The notes beneath the pieces are model-generated. The model was not told where the DNA came from. It was given only the letters and a program-made list of their open reading frames with translations, and made no database searches. Shown piece by piece: positions 62,198 through 64,000 of a stretch of 64,000 bases of DNA. Where the stretch lies: the NCBI GenBank assembly GCA_009103225.1, contig RHPI01002262.1, positions 474,317 to 538,316 of the forward strand. Direction: 5' to 3'. Position 1 is the stretch's first letter. Each line of letters opens with the position of its first letter. The DNA comes from Chlorokybus atmophyticus. Taxonomy: Eukaryota > Plantae > Mesostigma and Chlorokybus algae. A program made the position numbers and the translations under genes.

Positions 62198-62927
62198 TAC
62201 CATACACAAAAAGTGGCGCAACCGTTACGCCGCAATGCGGTAATCCAAATTGTACATAAATTAGGCGGTAGCGTCGTTGAAAACGAAGTTGCCAAGCACT
62301 GCGTACAAAGCGCGTTGAATCTTGGGCGCGACATGGCAATGGCGAACGAGAACGGTGCGTTAATAGTCGCGCGCGTTGGCAGACAGCGACAAAGTTACGC
62401 ATCAAAACGTGTTTGACAGAACGCGTCATCCATAGGTACGAGGTTGGACGGTACCCCATACCCCAAAAGAATCTTTGAAACTATCCTACCAACAGCAATT
62501 ACCATGTTCGTTAAAACGAGATCTTTCGTTATCGTAACCAATTTCGTTTGGCCGCCGGGTTATACGTCAGCTGAACAAGTACCTAAAAATGATGTACCAG
62601 TAATGCGATTCACCCCAATAGAAGCCACCCCCGAGAATATCGTAGTGCCACGAATGGTTTGTTACATAATTAATTGTGTAAAGGCCCTTTACAACGACCC
62701 CAAAACCCTTCCTGGCAATAACTATGCATTTTCCGCTGTGTTTGCAAAAAAATGCACAGTTGCGCAATATTTTCACAAAAAAAAAAACTATACTTTCGAC
62801 GCTCGTCACGAACAACCTAAAGCACGACCATAGTATGATGTCCAAATGGAGGCATTGTTTTAGACTCATTTTTTACCAAATGGAGGGGGAAGGGCTATAC
62901 AGCAGGTGGGAGGCTTCAATAGAGTGA
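62198..62927 (+). pseudogene. Intronless, relatively AT-rich degenerate ORF (possible transposon or viral relic)
   Basis: One frame is open from 62198 to 62833 except for a single TGA at 62414-62416 (..SKRV*QNASSIGTRLDGTPYPKRIFE..FVWPPGY..). A-runs near 62745-62788 may mark a frameshift into a frame ending at 62927. No family recognised. Confidence 0.4.
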
Positions 62928-64000
62928 ATACGACATCATGTGAATACCATATAACATGATATGTGTAGGGGTTGAGTTTAATTGCGTCATTTTAGTTCAC
63001 ATAAGTTTTAAATCAAGCGACGACATGATGCATATAATTTGTAAGTGTATACTTGTAAAAACTTGTTAATAGTGTATATATATATATATATATATTATTA
63101 ACAACTGTAAGCATTTAAACAATGTGTTAAAATATTCACGTTACGTACTTATGCTTGTCACAATGCATCGTTCATTGGGCAAAGCCAACACCGTAATCAT
63201 AAACGCACCGTTTTCATTATATATTATAGTTATTTAATGACCCACCATTCTGTGTTACAATTAAGTTTATAAGATTCAGCATGTCAATAATAATAATCAA
63301 CTCTTACATAGCAAGATCGCAACAATTTAAATTAAAAATGGTAACCAATATGATACAGTGTATTTGTATTGATATTTTGAATAATTTAACACTTGTTAAT
63401 TACGCAGTTTAAGTTGTACAACGATGTGTACAACGGCGCTTTAACGGCATTTGTGGTTGTTATGCAAGTGGCGAGGTATCACAATTAAGCAGCCTTTTAA
63501 CGATGCGCAACATGCGATTAACAACATGCCATCTTAAATAAAGAAATTCATGTCAGTATGTATAATTAGGCGTAAATGCATAGTCCAGCTTAGACAACCT
63601 TAATGAGATATAATATTGTATAAAGCAAGATGAGGCTCATTTTTTTGCTTAATGCTGCTGTAAAGGGCAGTAGGAAGTGGCTGCTAGCCAAAGGCAAACA
63701 TCGTTTGTAGCAAATGAGTAAGCGCATGCTATTGCTTATAAGGTTGGCACGTACGTAACATCACAACAGTTGCTGTATAGCAAGCTCATGTCGGAAAGGG
63801 GCCAGATGCAATTTGCACAACAGCAAACATGACTTTACGAGGACCAAGGCTAAGCGCATCACCTAACATAAATGAAAGACATGCCTAGGCCTTGAACTCT
63901 GACCCTAAGAGAGGTTAGCCTATAGCTAGTCCACGCCGTTGGGTTAACGTTTATGCATAACGACGATAAAACGTTGCAACTTGGCTGCTCAAACGTTGAA

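Noticed and set aside
1-64000. CRISPR arrays, rRNA/tRNA genes, operons, telomeric arrays, intact transposase or reverse transcriptase
   Set aside because: None seen. There are no regularly spaced repeat-spacer units, only isolated TTAGGG-type telo-boxes, and no convincing DDE or RT ORF.

Overview
Eukaryotic nuclear DNA, not prokaryotic. It has GT-AG introns packed with (TG)n/(CA)n tracts and plant-type genes (D-type cyclin with LxCxE, trihelix factor, organellar RecG, transit peptides), plus a cilia gene, so a flagellate green alga is inferred, possibly a streptophyte alga. I assembled exon chains by hand from splice sites and reading-frame phase. Twelve genes are supported: Chibby-like (+), MPP10 (-), RING-CH/MARCH E3 ligase (-), a Trp-repeat/glycine-zipper orphan (-), a calponin-homology/TM/LysM protein (-), RecG (+), a trihelix TF (-), a transit-peptide orphan (+), cyclin D (+), Aurora kinase (-), a TMEM70-family protein (+) and a plastid-targeted bacterial-type sorbitol-6-phosphate dehydrogenase (-). 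The stretches at about 7.5-12.4 kb, 36.7-50.5 kb and 61-64 kb hold no recognisable conserved gene; they contain repeats, hairpins and ORF relics. The two strongest leads are the CH-TM-LysM fusion (a possible cytoskeleton-to-glycan linker across a membrane) and the intron-containing bacterial-type sorbitol-6-phosphate dehydrogenase with a transit peptide. Family calls come from recalled motifs; no database search was run. There are two assembly gaps. No rRNA, tRNA or CRISPR array was seen.
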